DNA of 64,000 nucleotides from Enoplolaimus lenunculus (taxonomy: Eukaryota): contig JASANG010000443.1 of assembly GCA_030248215.1 (NCBI GenBank), positions 372,001 through 436,000 on the forward strand, written 5' to 3'. The notes beneath the pieces are model-generated. The model saw only the letters and a program-made list of their open reading frames with translations, ran no database searches and had not been told where the DNA came from. The position numbers were made by a program, and so were the translations under genes. Below, piece by piece: positions 13,884 through 25,802 of the stretch; position 1 is the stretch's first letter; each line of letters starts with the position of its first letter.

Positions 13884-14342
13884 TGTAAGCCTTGCCCGTT
13901 GTGTGCGCATGCAATATAGTGCAGTGCACTGCACGCACACTGCAAAAAATGGTTAGTCAAATTGACTCTCTCCGAAATAGGCTTTTTCTAACAACTCAAA
14001 CTGAATTTGACTCCGACACAGTCAAAGTCGATTCTTTGAATCGCTCCGTGAGTCAAATCTGCCTCTGGCGGAGTCGAATTTGACTCAGTTTGTATAGTCA
14101 GGAAAAGCCTATTTCGGAGAGAGTCAATTTGACTCATCATTTTTTTACAGTATATGCTGCAGCATACGGTCGACATATATAGTCGACGATAGAAGCAGTT
14201 GGAGAGGCGAGCAGCGTGACGCAGCAATACAGCGTTTGCCTCGCAATCCAAATGCCGCTAGTTCGATCACCGCTCTGTATTCCTGCTGTTCCAGCTGCTT
14301 AGTAAAAAAGGTCTGAAGTCCCAATTCCTACGCAGACTGACA
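13884..14342 (+). mobile_element. Same tRNA-bearing LTR-like family, interrupted by a CACTG MITE
   Basis: TGTAAGC...GACTGACA with a perfect 5-bp TSD CCTAT (13879-13883 / 14343-14347). Nested element at 13938-14152. Confidence 0.8.
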
Positions 14343-17300
14343 CCTATCAAACCTGTAAAAGTGTACTTTTCGTCTTTTTAAAAATCTGAGGGGTGCACGA
14401 TTTTCTACCCCGCCTCCAGTGTAGCTATTTTTAAAATAGGCCAAATGGCTCATGTATAGAACAGGACCGTTAGTATAAGTATAAGCATATTCCTAAGCCT
14501 AAGCCTAAGCCTATGCAAAAATAGTCTAAAGCTTAAACTGACTCCATTATAGCCCCTCCGGAAAGTGATCCGGCCCTGTTCTATACATTGGCCAACTTGA
14601 CCGTTTAAATCAGGTGTTGACCTTACAAACCAGAATTTCAACCTTTATTAGGCTAAGCTAAACAATTTTATGGTCACTATAAAGGTCAAGTTAACTAGCA
14701 TTTTAAGCAGAAATATAAAATAAACAATAAATTAATGTAGAATATATTTGCATTTCTGTATTTAAATAGTAAACATGAAGCCGAAGCGTAAAACTTAAGC
14801 TTGAAATGTATTAGGGGGGCTGCTACACGGGGCATTAATGTGTTCTGCCGGCTGCAATAGAAGCTTAAAGTTTTAGCCATGCTTGGTATCTCTCGGAACG
14901 GTAATTGACCCTATATGACTATCTTAATTTGTTCAAATATTTATTTGTGTTAATGCCTAAATGCTATAGCTGAGATAGGTTTTCTTGCAAACAAAGGTTC
15001 ATGTAAAGATCAGAGGCGGAACGTTTTCCTTGGGGACTGAAAATCGAGTATGATTAAGCTTTAGACTAATTTTGCTTAGCTCGGCCTTTCTCACAAAAAT
15101 ATGTTTAATTTTATGTCAGAAGCAATTGCATGGTATGATTTAAACCCCAGTCTCACAAGTGAAAGGCGTTTATCCTGTAAAGATTAGGCTTAGGTACAGC
15201 CTTATCCTTAAACTTAGGCTTTAACTAAGGCACTGTTAGGACCGTGTTTTATACATTGGCCGACACAAACTATTTATACGGAAATTGTAGCCGGAATTTT
15301 GTGTTTGAAAAGCGACCACAGGACCTGTGGGCTCTTTTCGAACACAAAATTCTAGCTACGGCCTTAAATAAACGCATTTTTGAGAAAATTACAAATGTTA
15401 CAAGACAGTCTGAGTCAATAAAACTCACTCTGCCCTAATCATTTAACTTAACTGGCAATCAATTGAACTCAGAGTGAGAATCAACTCAACCCACAGTGAG
15501 TTAATGTTTTCGGTTTTATTAGCTCAAAGATAACTGACTGTGTAGTTGCGTTGATTAATCAACTCATTGCAATTTACAGTGCAAAACAAATCTACCATAA
15601 TTTATCGTCTGACAGTGTCTTAGGCCTAAGCCTAAGAGTTCAATACTACACTTCTAAGCGTATCTCTTCCAAAACCTGAGCCAGGTATTGTTCTCAGCCC
15701 AAAAGCCGAAACCTATTAGCATAGCGATGAACGACAGGTTTTCGTGTCTATGAGATATCGGATTACGAAATGTCGGTCGACCGGGGGTCGGGCATAATAG
15801 ATTTAATTCGCATTGAGGGTGGAACATTTTTCTGCGGGACTGCAATAAAGTAAATGTTTAAACTTTATAGACACATTATTTTTGCTTAGGCTTAGGCTTA
15901 GACCGCCTATGCTTAATAGGTATAAGCTAATTTTCACGCTTATGCTAAGGCATACAGGCTTAGACTTAGGAGTATGCTTATACTACTGGTACGGCCCTCT
16001 TGCATACATTGGCCCCTAAACCTAAAGCTGAGCCTAAAGACAACAATAAAAATCTGCGGTTAGGGAAATGTTTTTCCTACCCCTCCCAATGCCGGCCATT
16101 TCTTAAGAATATTTTGAAAATTACGGATACCCAAGTAAAGTTTATTTCTCAACCATTTACAGGTTACAAGTTTATACATCACTTGATATTTATAAAAAAA
16201 TTCAACTCATAGATCAATCGGTCTGAGGACCCGAAAGTGAAACGCACTATCGGAGCCAAATGGGGGGAGGGCGGGGGCGTACGCCTCTCATCAGATTTTT
16301 TCGCGATAAAATGGTAAGGTCTCTACTTTACAATTTTCCCTTCTGAAAATCTTTTTTGTACAAAATACAATTTTTAACCTTAGAAATTGTTTTGTGAGGG
16401 AACTTTACAATTTTTTGAAATAGAAAAGTTTTTGGTGATAAAATGATAAGGTCCCCAAACCGTACAGTTTTAGCGTTTTATAACATTTGCCAGCCCCACC
16501 GGCAGAAATTTATGGATTCGTCTACAGACGTGATTACCTCTAGAAATTTCTGAAGGGACCATAAAAAGCACTTTTAGTAAAAGCTTAAGATTAACCTCTA
16601 GGGTTTTAGGGGCTATAAAATCTTCTTATACGAAGTTATACCAGCCCGAAAAGAATTCCTGGCTACACCCTTAGATAAACGCCAAACTTCACGTGACCTG
16701 AGCCAAATTTGGGCCCACAAAGATATGTTCCTCGTCAAATTTTAAAATCTGGGCAGCAAAGTAAAATTTAGAAATGTTAACTGTAAGAAATTAATGTTAC
16801 TCTTAAGTTTACTGACCAACATATGGAACAGAGGCGGTAACAGTTGTATAAGAATATTCTTAAGGCTAAGCCTAAGTTTAAGCAATAAAACAGACTAAAG
16901 CAAGCTTGCTCTATTGCAGTCCAGCAGAAAAACGTTCCGCGCCTGATGTTTACATGGATCAGTTTAACGTTGGCAAAAGGTCAAACGTTCAATAGACTTT
17001 GCCTTCAAGAGCCCAATGCTAAATTTAGAATGTAAACAAACTTTTAAGTAAATTGTGCTGGTTAACACTTTTTTGGCCAAAATCATTCCGCTACTGAATT
17101 AGTTTTTAGACAAAAAATGTAACTATTAATGTTTACTATTAATCCTATAACAATGCCTTTGTCTTACTAAAGATAGAACAGTCTAAAAAGTCGTTTTATC
17201 AAACACCAGACGCGTTTTATCAAACACCAGACGAATATATATATTATATATATATGTGTGTGTATGCGGGGCCCTTGTTATAGGAGCCTGTTCAGTAAGC

Positions 17301-17792
17301 CTAAACCTAACATCATAAGCCTAAACACAACTCTAAAACCTGTAGAAAAATATTATAATAAAAAACACAGATACAATAGTATGTTTTAACAATATTCGCT
17401 ACTTTAAAACGTCATGCACCGTTGCACTTTTTAGCAATTATTAACTTGTGCAAAACTGCATGCAATGCCATTTTACTATTGCAGTTTGCGTGTAGTACGT
17501 TAACTCTACAATTGTGCAAAACGAATTTTTTTGAACTGAAACGCAGTCTCCCCCCATCATTGTAACCTCTATGACCCCGCAGGTAAAGGGGTAATTTTGC
17601 GTAATAATTATAATATATCGTTTTAACGCTATATATGGGATTTATGCATTAATGTATATATATATAAATATATATAACATACAGAAACCCATAAATATAT
17701 TTATATATAATATATATGTTTATACATATATAATATATATATAACATACAAATACCCACAGATGTTTCATGTGCACGCATTCTATATAAATA

Positions 17793-17976
17793 CAGGGCCG
17801 GAGCAGCCACTCCCCATACCCCCATTAAGGGCTCCCAACCCTGAAGGGCCTCCACCCAAATCGATTGCAACAAAAACCGTCGAATTTTTAAATGCGTCTG
17901 GCTTCTCGATCTCGAGTTTGGGGGCCGCCACCCAGGAGCTTGGGGGGAACCCCCACAACAGCGTGCGCCGGCACTG
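17793..17976. mobile_element. hAT-like MITE (CAGGGCCGGAGCAGCC family; also ~9707, 27964, 48906, 55558, 57845)
   Basis: CAGGGCCGG...CCGGCACTG ends; TSD TATAAATA/TACAAATA. The 57845 copy has AAAGTAAG/AGAGTAAG. Confidence 0.8.
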
Positions 17977-20625
17977 TACAAATATACATGTTAAATGCAC
18001 AAATACGTGTTGGGCAATGGGAGTTTACAAGGGATAGAGCGATATATTTAAATTATACGTTAGAAAGAAAAAAGAAAATGTATATAGAGCTGTTAGTATA
18101 AACATATTCCTAAGCCTAAGCCTAAGCAACAAAGTGTCTAAAGCTAAAAGCTTAAACGTTCTCTATTGCTGTCCCACAGAAAAAACTTTCCATTACTGAT
18201 CTTTCCATGGGCCGAACAACCCGATAGCCGCTAGGGTCCAAAAATACGTTTTTCCTATATTTTTTTCGCTCGCCAAAGCCTTGTAGCTTGAAGTTTTGAC
18301 TGTTTGGAGAGAAATCCTGATTGTACGTTGGATATCATAATCTCAACTGAAAAACGTTCTGATCCATGCTTAAGGGGCGTCCAGGCTACTGGTGGGTCGA
18401 TAAAAGAGTAAGTTTAGATTCTAGATTACATTTTTTGTTTAGGCTTAGGCTTAGGCTTAGGCTTAGGAACACATTCTTGCAACGCTTAGGCTTAGGCTTA
18501 GACATACGCTTAATCTACTGTTACGTCCCTTACAGTAACATTGGCCAACGTTCTTATAACAGGGTTTAGAATAATATAGTTCTTGGACCTTGAGGTCAAA
18601 CATTTGTACTCGTTCGCTAAAGTTATTTTCTGACAAATTTCAGCTACACTTCCACTGTAATTTTGCGGTCAAATGTTACTTTGAGGGGCGTCACAGTAGT
18701 ACTATAAGCAGTGCCATCGAAAGCGTCCCCAAACCAACCAATTGGGGAAGCCCCGATCCTTGGGAGGCCCCACTTCGACCAATTAAAATCTTTTTTTGCT
18801 GACCACTAAGTTATAAAGTTGTAAAACATTATATTGGGGCCATCCTCGGACCTGTGTGCGGGAAGGCCGACGATATTAACGCCGGCCCTGAGTACAAGCG
18901 TATTTCTAAGCCTAAACCTAAGCAAAACAAACTAGTTTGAACCTTAACCTTTACTGTGGACCGTGAAAAAATGCCACGCCATTTAAGGTTACATGAGCCA
19001 TCCATATTATCATGTCAATTATAACATAATTTAACAGATTTCACATGAAAACGCATAGAATTTGATTGTAAAAGTTTCATGGAAAAATCCAAAGTTCAAA
19101 AATAACTACTAGATGATTTACAGTTTATGTTGATATGTTGGTAAAATGTATATATTTTTGTGTAGATTTCGGCAAATACGACTGTCGGCGGCCGACTCTG
19201 TAAACTGTATTCTTAAAATTTAAAAAATCAACATGAGTACTGAGTAGATGTTTGTAATGTGATGATGTCATGGGAAATTAGACTCTCAAATCTATACCGT
19301 GGGAAAAAATGTTTTAAACCGTGGGAAAATTTTTAAGCCGTGGGAAAATAAAACATAATTGCAATGCAAGTCATTAAAAACCCTTGACTGCGTATCCTGA
19401 AAAATTTTGACCCCCTAGAATATTTTCAACCTTGTTTGTAAGTCATTGAAAACCCTTGTATGCCCCCTGAAAAGTTTTTAGCCCCCTCTAGCAAGGTTGG
19501 GTTTAATTTTCAGTCTTTTAACATTATATTTCAGGTTGATTTTAAGTTTACAGGCATCCATAAGATTACTAACCCAATTCTGGCACATGTGTGGTCTACG
19601 AAAAGTTTTGGCACATATATGTATGTAAACCTGGTTTAAGTACGCTTTTAAAACGACAAAATGGTTAAGTAATTGCTTAGTACGAACTTATCAAGTCGTA
19701 AGTAGGGTTTCAGAAGCCCCCGGCCAATATTTTGTAGTGGCAAATCTTTGGGGACAGAATGATGGAATTTCTGCACCCTTTTTGCAGTCATGAAAAATTT
19801 TGCCATACAAATAGTAGTTCATTTGAAACTCGCAATGTGTTTCCTGGCAAAATAGGTGAAATATGGCTATTGCATGATTCAAAATTTGCGCTTTCGGTGC
19901 AATTGGTCAATCTTAAACAATAGAAACTTTACTAACAACGCACTTTAAAACTGTAAATTTTGCTGGCCAATGTAAAGAACTGAGGCGGAACAGTATTATA
20001 AGTTTATATCTAAGCCTATAAGCCTAAGCCTAAGCGTAAGAATAAGCATATTCCTGAGCCTAGGCCTGAGTCAATCAAAAGATTGTTCTATTCTAGTCCC
20101 ACAGGAAAACGTTCCGCTCCTGATTTTTACATGGGCCAAATTTCGAAATAAGTATCCTCTCGCACTGGAAAATCCTGGATCCCACCGTGATATTGTCATA
20201 TCAGCTATTTGCGACATAGCGGATTGCCATCAGTAAATCGACCCATCTTACTTTTAGAGTCGTCCAGTTTTCTAACCTGCCTATAAAAGTGTATTAATAG
20301 TTGTTTAGCCTTAGGCTTAGGCTTACACTTTTTCATAGGTTAAGGAATAAGCTTAATCTATTAACAGTTATGGCTCTAAAAGTAACATTGGCACTAATAG
20401 CAATAACTTTAAAAACCTAATAGATACAGCGCGTTCTGGTGCTTTTAGTAATTGTAAAATAGCTGGCAAAATATTCAAAGGCAAAGTTAGGTTTAGGCGT
20501 TTTTTGATTCTAACCATTTTAAGTACGTAAACCTAAAATCTTTAGAAAATGGGGTGGATTTTATTTTTGTTCCGAATTAAATGAAATAGAATTCGTCATT
20601 GCTGGGTTTAAAATCTATTACTTAA

Positions 20626-20892
20626 CCCATTATCACATGAATATTTTCTATTTCACCGGAGACCTATTTTTGTGCTGGGATTCGAACTTCAGTGACTGGA
20701 GTGGGAGGCGTATACCATCACCACTCAGCTATAGGAGCTTGACGCTCGAGCCCGAGGGGGCTCTCACGTCTTGCGGTGATTTAGTACTATGTATACGTGT
20801 TGCAATTAATTGTTAAACACTGTAAAATATATATTATTTAATGTATACACACTGCGCTGAGTTGCCTATAGGCAACTCAATGTGAGAAGGGG
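20626..20892. mobile_element. piggyBac-like MITE carrying a tRNA-like A/B box module
   Basis: TTAA|CCC...ATGTGAGAAGGGG|TTAA, with subterminal palindrome TGAGTTGCCTATAGGCAACTCA. On the minus strand TAGCTGAGTGG ... GTTCGAATCC lies at ~20673-20738. Confidence 0.85.
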
Positions 20893-20904
20893 TTAACCAG
20901 AGAC

Positions 20905-21132
20905 AGATTCTTAAGCCAGTATTTTTAAATGTGTGTAGCACCTATTATCAGTTTGTGATCAGCGTTGTATCCTGCGAACTAGGGAATAGTGATGTTTAAA
21001 ATTTAGCACAGTAAGTAATTGCATTCAGTTTTCTCTACTGTGAAAATTTTGCGATCTGCATTTTGCAGCAGTTCGTTAGTTTGAAAACCTATTAAAGAGA
21101 AAGGTGCTATATACATTTGAGAATATGCGCCT
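20905..21132. mobile_element. TIR MITE family (…ATATTCTCAAATGTGTATAGCA…; also ~28190-28411, 32329-32551)
   Basis: Inverted ends tatttttaaatgtgtgtagcacct / aggtgctatatacatttgagaatat; the internal sequence is shared among three copies. Confidence 0.6.
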
Positions 21133-21330
21133 GGGTTTTAGTTTTTATAAAACTGCCACAAATTGTGCTTTATTAAAAACACAACAATCACAGCCGACTC
21201 GTGGCCATATTTTTTCAGCTGTTTTCAAATTTTTCAATTTATTCTTATCCGCAAGAATGTTTTCAATTTGATTTTCAATTCATTTTTAAACTCTTAATTT
21301 GAAAACAACGCTCGTTTTAGTACACAGTAA

Positions 21331-21559
21331 GGGTGGCGCTATACTTTTAAGGACGTTCACAACGCCGTCCGTCGCCGTTCGGTGCCGCCCGTTACCGTCA
21401 ATCACCGTCCGGCGCCGTGGGTCACCGCACAGCGCCGTCCATCACCACTATACGTCACCGTGAGGTATCGTATGTGAATTACTCACGTACGATATCATAT
21501 GGCGACGGACGGTACTAGACGGATCCGAATGGCGCCGTACGACAAGCATTGCGCCACCC
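21331..21559. mobile_element. PIF/Harbinger-like MITE with CCGTC repeats (related fragment ~62510-62635)
   Basis: TAA|GGGTGGCGC...GCGCCACCC|TTA. Confidence 0.65.
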
Positions 21560-21598
21560 TTAGACAGTGTTCTACATTGTTTAATCTATACAAGAATG

Positions 21599-21875
21599 GG
21601 CCAATGTAAAGAACAGGAACGGAAAAGTACTATAAGCATATAAGGCTAAGCCTAAGGCTAAGCCTAAGCCTAAGGGTAAGAATGAGCATATTCCTAAGCC
21701 TAAGCTTAAGCCTAAGCCTAAGCCTAAGCCTAAAGGTAAGAATGAGCATATTCCTAAGCCTAAGCTTAAGCCTAAGCCTAAGCCTAACTATAAGCCTAAG
21801 CGTAAGAATGAGCTTAAGCTTACTCTATTGCAGTCCAACAGAAAAAACGTTCCGCCCTTGATTTTTACATGGGTC
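21599..21875. mobile_element. GGCC-ended telomere-repeat MITE with an expanded GCCTAA core
   Basis: Family TIRs with repeated aagaatgagc-(GCCTAA)n modules. Degenerate TSD CAAGAATG/GAAAAATG. Confidence 0.8.
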
Positions 21876-23572
21876 GAAAAATGGAAAACATTTTCCAGTT
21901 ATTTTTAACGAAATGAAACTTTCGTTGCTGCCCTCTCTTCAATATTTTGAGCAACAGATTGCAAAACTGATGAATCCAGCGGAATGCAATAACCACATCT
22001 CGTGCAAAAGTTTATGTACAATATCGATATTGGACAAATAAAACCATACTACACTGCAAAAAACGGTGAGTCAAATTGACTGTCTCTGAAATACGCTCTA
22101 CGGGACTACACAAACAGAGTCAAAGTTGACTTCGCCAGAGTCAAACATGCGACTCAGCGGTGTGGAGCCTATTTCGAAGAGAGTCAATTTAACACTTCAT
22201 TTTTTGCAGTGTATTAGCTATGTATGCAATTAAAAAATTCAAATAATTATTATTTCATTTTCTTTTCGATTAACACAAGGGTTCCATTTCTATTATTGCA
22301 GCCCGCTCACTAAGTCTAAACTTAATCTCAAGCCTAACCACAAGCCTAATCATGAAGCGTATACGCCTAAGCTACCTCGTCTCTAAGTCCCACAGCCTTC
22401 CTGTACATGTAAAGGTCAGGAGCGGAATGTTTTTCTGTGGGTGCTGAATTGAGTATATTTAAGCGTTAGGGTAATATTTTCGCTTAGGCTTAGGCGTAGG
22501 GATAAGTTCATTGTTACGTTTATGCTTAGGCTTAGGAATATGCTTATACTACTGTTCAGCTTCTGTTCTATGCATTGGTCCTGTCTCCCAATTGGCAGGT
22601 CTCTTTAATTAAATTGGTACAACAGATGCCATTACATTTCGTTACGCGATACGCAAGCCAAAACATTGTAGCAGGAATCTCACGTATTGTCACCGGCAGT
22701 TACCGTTATGGACATAACAGTAACCGGAGCATATTCCTAAGCCTAAACCTAACCTTTAACGAAAGGAATAAGTTTAAAAATGACAGAAGCTTAAGCAAAA
22801 AATTAGTCTAAGGTTGAATCTTAGTCTATTATAATTTCATGGTACAATGGTATGTTCTAAAAGTTAATACTTAGGCCATGAAAATAATAGTAAGCAACAT
22901 ATATGTATCATTTAAAGCTTGCATTTACCAAAAAACACGCCAGTTAGGAACATTAACAATTTTGCTTTCAGCACGATTGCAGTAAATTGCACATTGCGCT
23001 AGACCGTATCCAGAGGGGGGGCAGAAAGGCTTATCCCACCCTCAAACCATTGTTAGTCCCACCGGAAACGGTGTGGTCTGGTGGGCACCTTTTTTCAACC
23101 CCCTCCTGTATATCAACTAGGGCAGAGTACCGGCCTAACGAAACAAAAATCATCAACCCAACAAGCTCGCTTGCGACTAGAATAATCGGCAAAATGTCGC
23201 GTGGCCTGGTGAACGACGCATAATCTGAGTCCGACGCTGTTAATACCCTCAAAATCAACATTCCGACACTTTAATACCCTCAAAATCGATATTCACAGCA
23301 TTGTTCCGGTTAGCGTATACCGACCCCCAGGGTGTTGAATCTGGTCTACTTTGCCAGTAATCATTAATGAACCAAATATGTTTCTTACAATTTTAGGATA
23401 CTTTGTTTAAGACAGCGTATGGGGTTGCAATAAACATTACCCCCCAAATTGCAATTTATAGCAAAATTAGCGTTGTTGGCAAACGCAGTTACTATGCATA
23501 CGCCATAACATCAACTTGGATTTAAGGTTTGCTCAAACGCCGAATCGTTGCAGTTTAGTATATGGACCCCTT

Positions 23573-23770
23573 ATTATATCGATGAGGTTGCAACGAATAT
23601 TGCACTAAATGCAATTAGTAGCAGTACCACTGATTGCAGTTACAATTGTGACCCTGGCACCGAATGTTCGCGGTTCTGATAGAACTCATACAGGGGCTCG
23701 TGTCCTGCGTACGATTTATAACGCCGCCTTAATCGCAGAATGCAGTTTTGCAAATGTATTTAATTGCAGA
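23573..23770 (-). pseudogene. Decayed tandem duplicate of the gene's last ~60 codons
   Basis: Minus-strand translation gives SAIKAAL*, then after a frameshift GHEPLYEFYQNREHSVPGSQL*LQSVVLLLIAFSAIFVATSSI*. This aligns with SAIKVTS...QDEPYVRAYRDIESSATESRLRASALLLLIAVSAIFLSRC*. DNA aatattgcactaa.tgcaattagta occurs at both ~23596 and ~23806. Confidence 0.75.
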
Positions 23771-23789
23771 ATCTTTACTATACGACCCC

Positions 23790-24397
23790 TTAACATCGTG
23801 ATAAAAATATTGCACTAACTGCAATTAGTAACAACAATGCACTCGCACGCAGTCGCGACTCTGTCGCTGAACTTTCAATATCTCGATACGCTCTCACGTA
23901 CGGTTCATCTTGTTGCAGCTGTCGTGACGTTACCTTAATTGCAGAAATTGCCGGTGGTGTTTGCAAATTTGCAAGATAGCATGCATCTTTTGCAATTGCA
24001 ATCGTTCTGCCCATCGCTGTATATGTTATCGAAGCCGGTTGTTCTCGTACACACAGCCGGCCATAATTAAACCCAGCGTTCAGGTTTCGAAAAGTGACCC
24101 TCAGCGTTTTGGCCGAGGTGACGTAAAAGCGTTGCGTTTGAGACGGGCCTTGCTCGAGGTAAATTTCAACAAACAACGGGAAATCGGCTTCGATCGATAA
24201 CGAAAAATCCATCGAGTGACCGCTGTCCACGAGCGAGCTGAGCGAAACGTCGGAAATGGTCGATTCAGCTTGTTTTCCATAGGCGTCCAAGGTGCGAACG
24301 AGTTCACAGGTGGTTGAAGTGTTGCCGTGTCGGTGTCGTCGGTGCATATTTTCAAATTCGATACAAACGTAGTACCAACTACGCGAATGTAAATTGT
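23790..24397 (-). CDS. Coding exon 2 (terminal) of the same gene; spliced product ~300 aa
   Basis: Acceptor ttttttag|ACAAT at 24398. The G from exon 1 plus AC gives Asp, reading VVTIDNLHSRSWYYVCIEFE. A second motif VTFRNLNAGFNYGRLCVRE resembles the FN3 L-x-x-x-x-x-Y-x-V signature. C-terminal ALLLLIAVSAIFLSRC* has no real cytoplasmic tail, suggesting a GPI signal. 295+608=903 nt, i.e. 300 codons plus TAA. Confidence 0.85.
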
Positions 24398-24590
24398 CTA
24401 AAAAATTTGAAAAAAAACAACAACTGCTGAACACGGCTAAGAAATTGGAAATTGACAAAGGCTTAGAAATTGACAGAGTGGCAAATTTGTGGCGAGAGAC
24501 CGTTTTGTTTTCGCGGAAAATCTTAGCCACATAGGCCGAAAATTTTTTGTTACACAGGTTTGAAAAATTCACAAAATTTTCTGTAAAGGT

Positions 24591-24798
24591 TTAGGCTTAG
24601 GCTTAGGCTTAGGCTTACGCTTAGGCTTTAGGCTTAGGCTTAGGCTTAGGCTTAGGCTTAGGTTTAGGCTAAGCTTAGGCTTAGGCTTAGGCTTAGGCTT
24701 ACGCTTAGGCTTTGGTTCAGGTTTAGGCTTAGGCTTGTGGTTTAGGCTTATGCTTATTGACCCAGGCTTAGGCTTAGGCTTAGTCTTTAGGCTTAGGT
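24591..24798 (+). repeat. Interstitial telomeric tract (TTAGGC)n inside the gene's intron
   Basis: About 200 bp of mostly perfect TTAGGC units with variants such as TTACGC and TTAGGT. No MITE terminal repeats flank it. Confidence 0.9.
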
Positions 24799-25187
24799 TT
24801 AACCTCTTTTCGGTGGTGTAAACACTGTGTATGATAAAAATTAATATTTCAATGCCTAAATAGCATTAATATTTAACAAACGCTCTTAATAGCGTTTCCC
24901 TGCACTGGAGATTAAGTTGCGAGTTTCTCCGCGTCCAAAAAAAGTTGTGAAAACAGCGTCGTAACAGTGGTCAAAGCATGTACCCAAACGTAAGCTTAAG
25001 CCTGAGCGAAAAATTAATCAAACATTAATATTAATACTTTATTGCCATCCTGCTGAAAAACACGGCCCTCCCGTGATCTTTACATGGTCCAATGTTTTCA
25101 CGACGCTATACTCTCTTCAAAATAGAATCCTGAATACACCCTTTGCCAGGGACGTTTAGACGCCCTTAATCGCTGTCCCAAACGTAC

Positions 25188-25482
25188 CAATCGTAACCAC
25201 CCCGTCGTGTATTTCTTCTAAATACAATATTTTCCTCACTGCAGGATGTTTTTGTTGCGCTAAGGGTATAGCGCTAGCATAAATGATGGGTAGCCGATGC
25301 GAATCTAGGTAGTCTTCAACGAGAATTTTAGGCAAATGAACGTTGAATCCGTGAAGTAGGGGGTCGACGAATTGAATACATTGTAAATCGATGTAGAGTT
25401 TGGGATTTTGGTTATACGATAGGGATGTGTGGATTGCGGCGTGTTGAAATGAAACATAAAACAGGAACAGTGTTGCGAGCAT
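25188..25482 (-). CDS. Coding exon 1 of a secreted/GPI-type protein with fibronectin-III-like motifs
   Basis: ATG at 25482 followed by a signal-peptide-like MLATLFLFYVSFQHAAIHTS. The frame is open to ...DGVVTI-G|gtacgt, a phase-1 donor at 25187. The exon is 295 nt and joins exon 2 in frame. Confidence 0.85.
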
Positions 25483-25544
25483 AGTTTGAAATTTAAGACA
25501 TTTATGTAAATTAATGTTGTCAAATTGTATGTTATGTTTGTTTA

Positions 25545-25802
25545 CTACTTTTTAAGAAATATAACAATTTTTATGAAATATTACTATTTTTAAGAAATAT
25601 TACTATTTTTACGAAATGTTAGTATTTTTAAGAAATATTACTATTTTTACGAAATATTACTATTTTTAAGAAATATTACTATTTTTAAGAAATATTACTA
25701 TTTTTTAAGAAATATTAATATTTTTAAGAAATACTACTATTTTTACAAAATATTACTATTTTTAAGAAATATTACTATTTTTACGAAATATTAAGAAATA
25801 TT
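25545..25802. repeat. ~21-bp AT-rich minisatellite immediately upstream of the gene
   Basis: Unit tttttaagaaatattacta(t), about 12 copies. Confidence 0.9.

Noticed and set aside
24398..24572. N-terminal part of the 260-aa ORF
   Set aside because: It lies upstream of a strong acceptor, lacks a true ATG start and is better explained as intron.
24591..24798. True chromosome end or mis-join
   Set aside because: The tract is short, degenerate and flanked by two in-phase exons of one gene.
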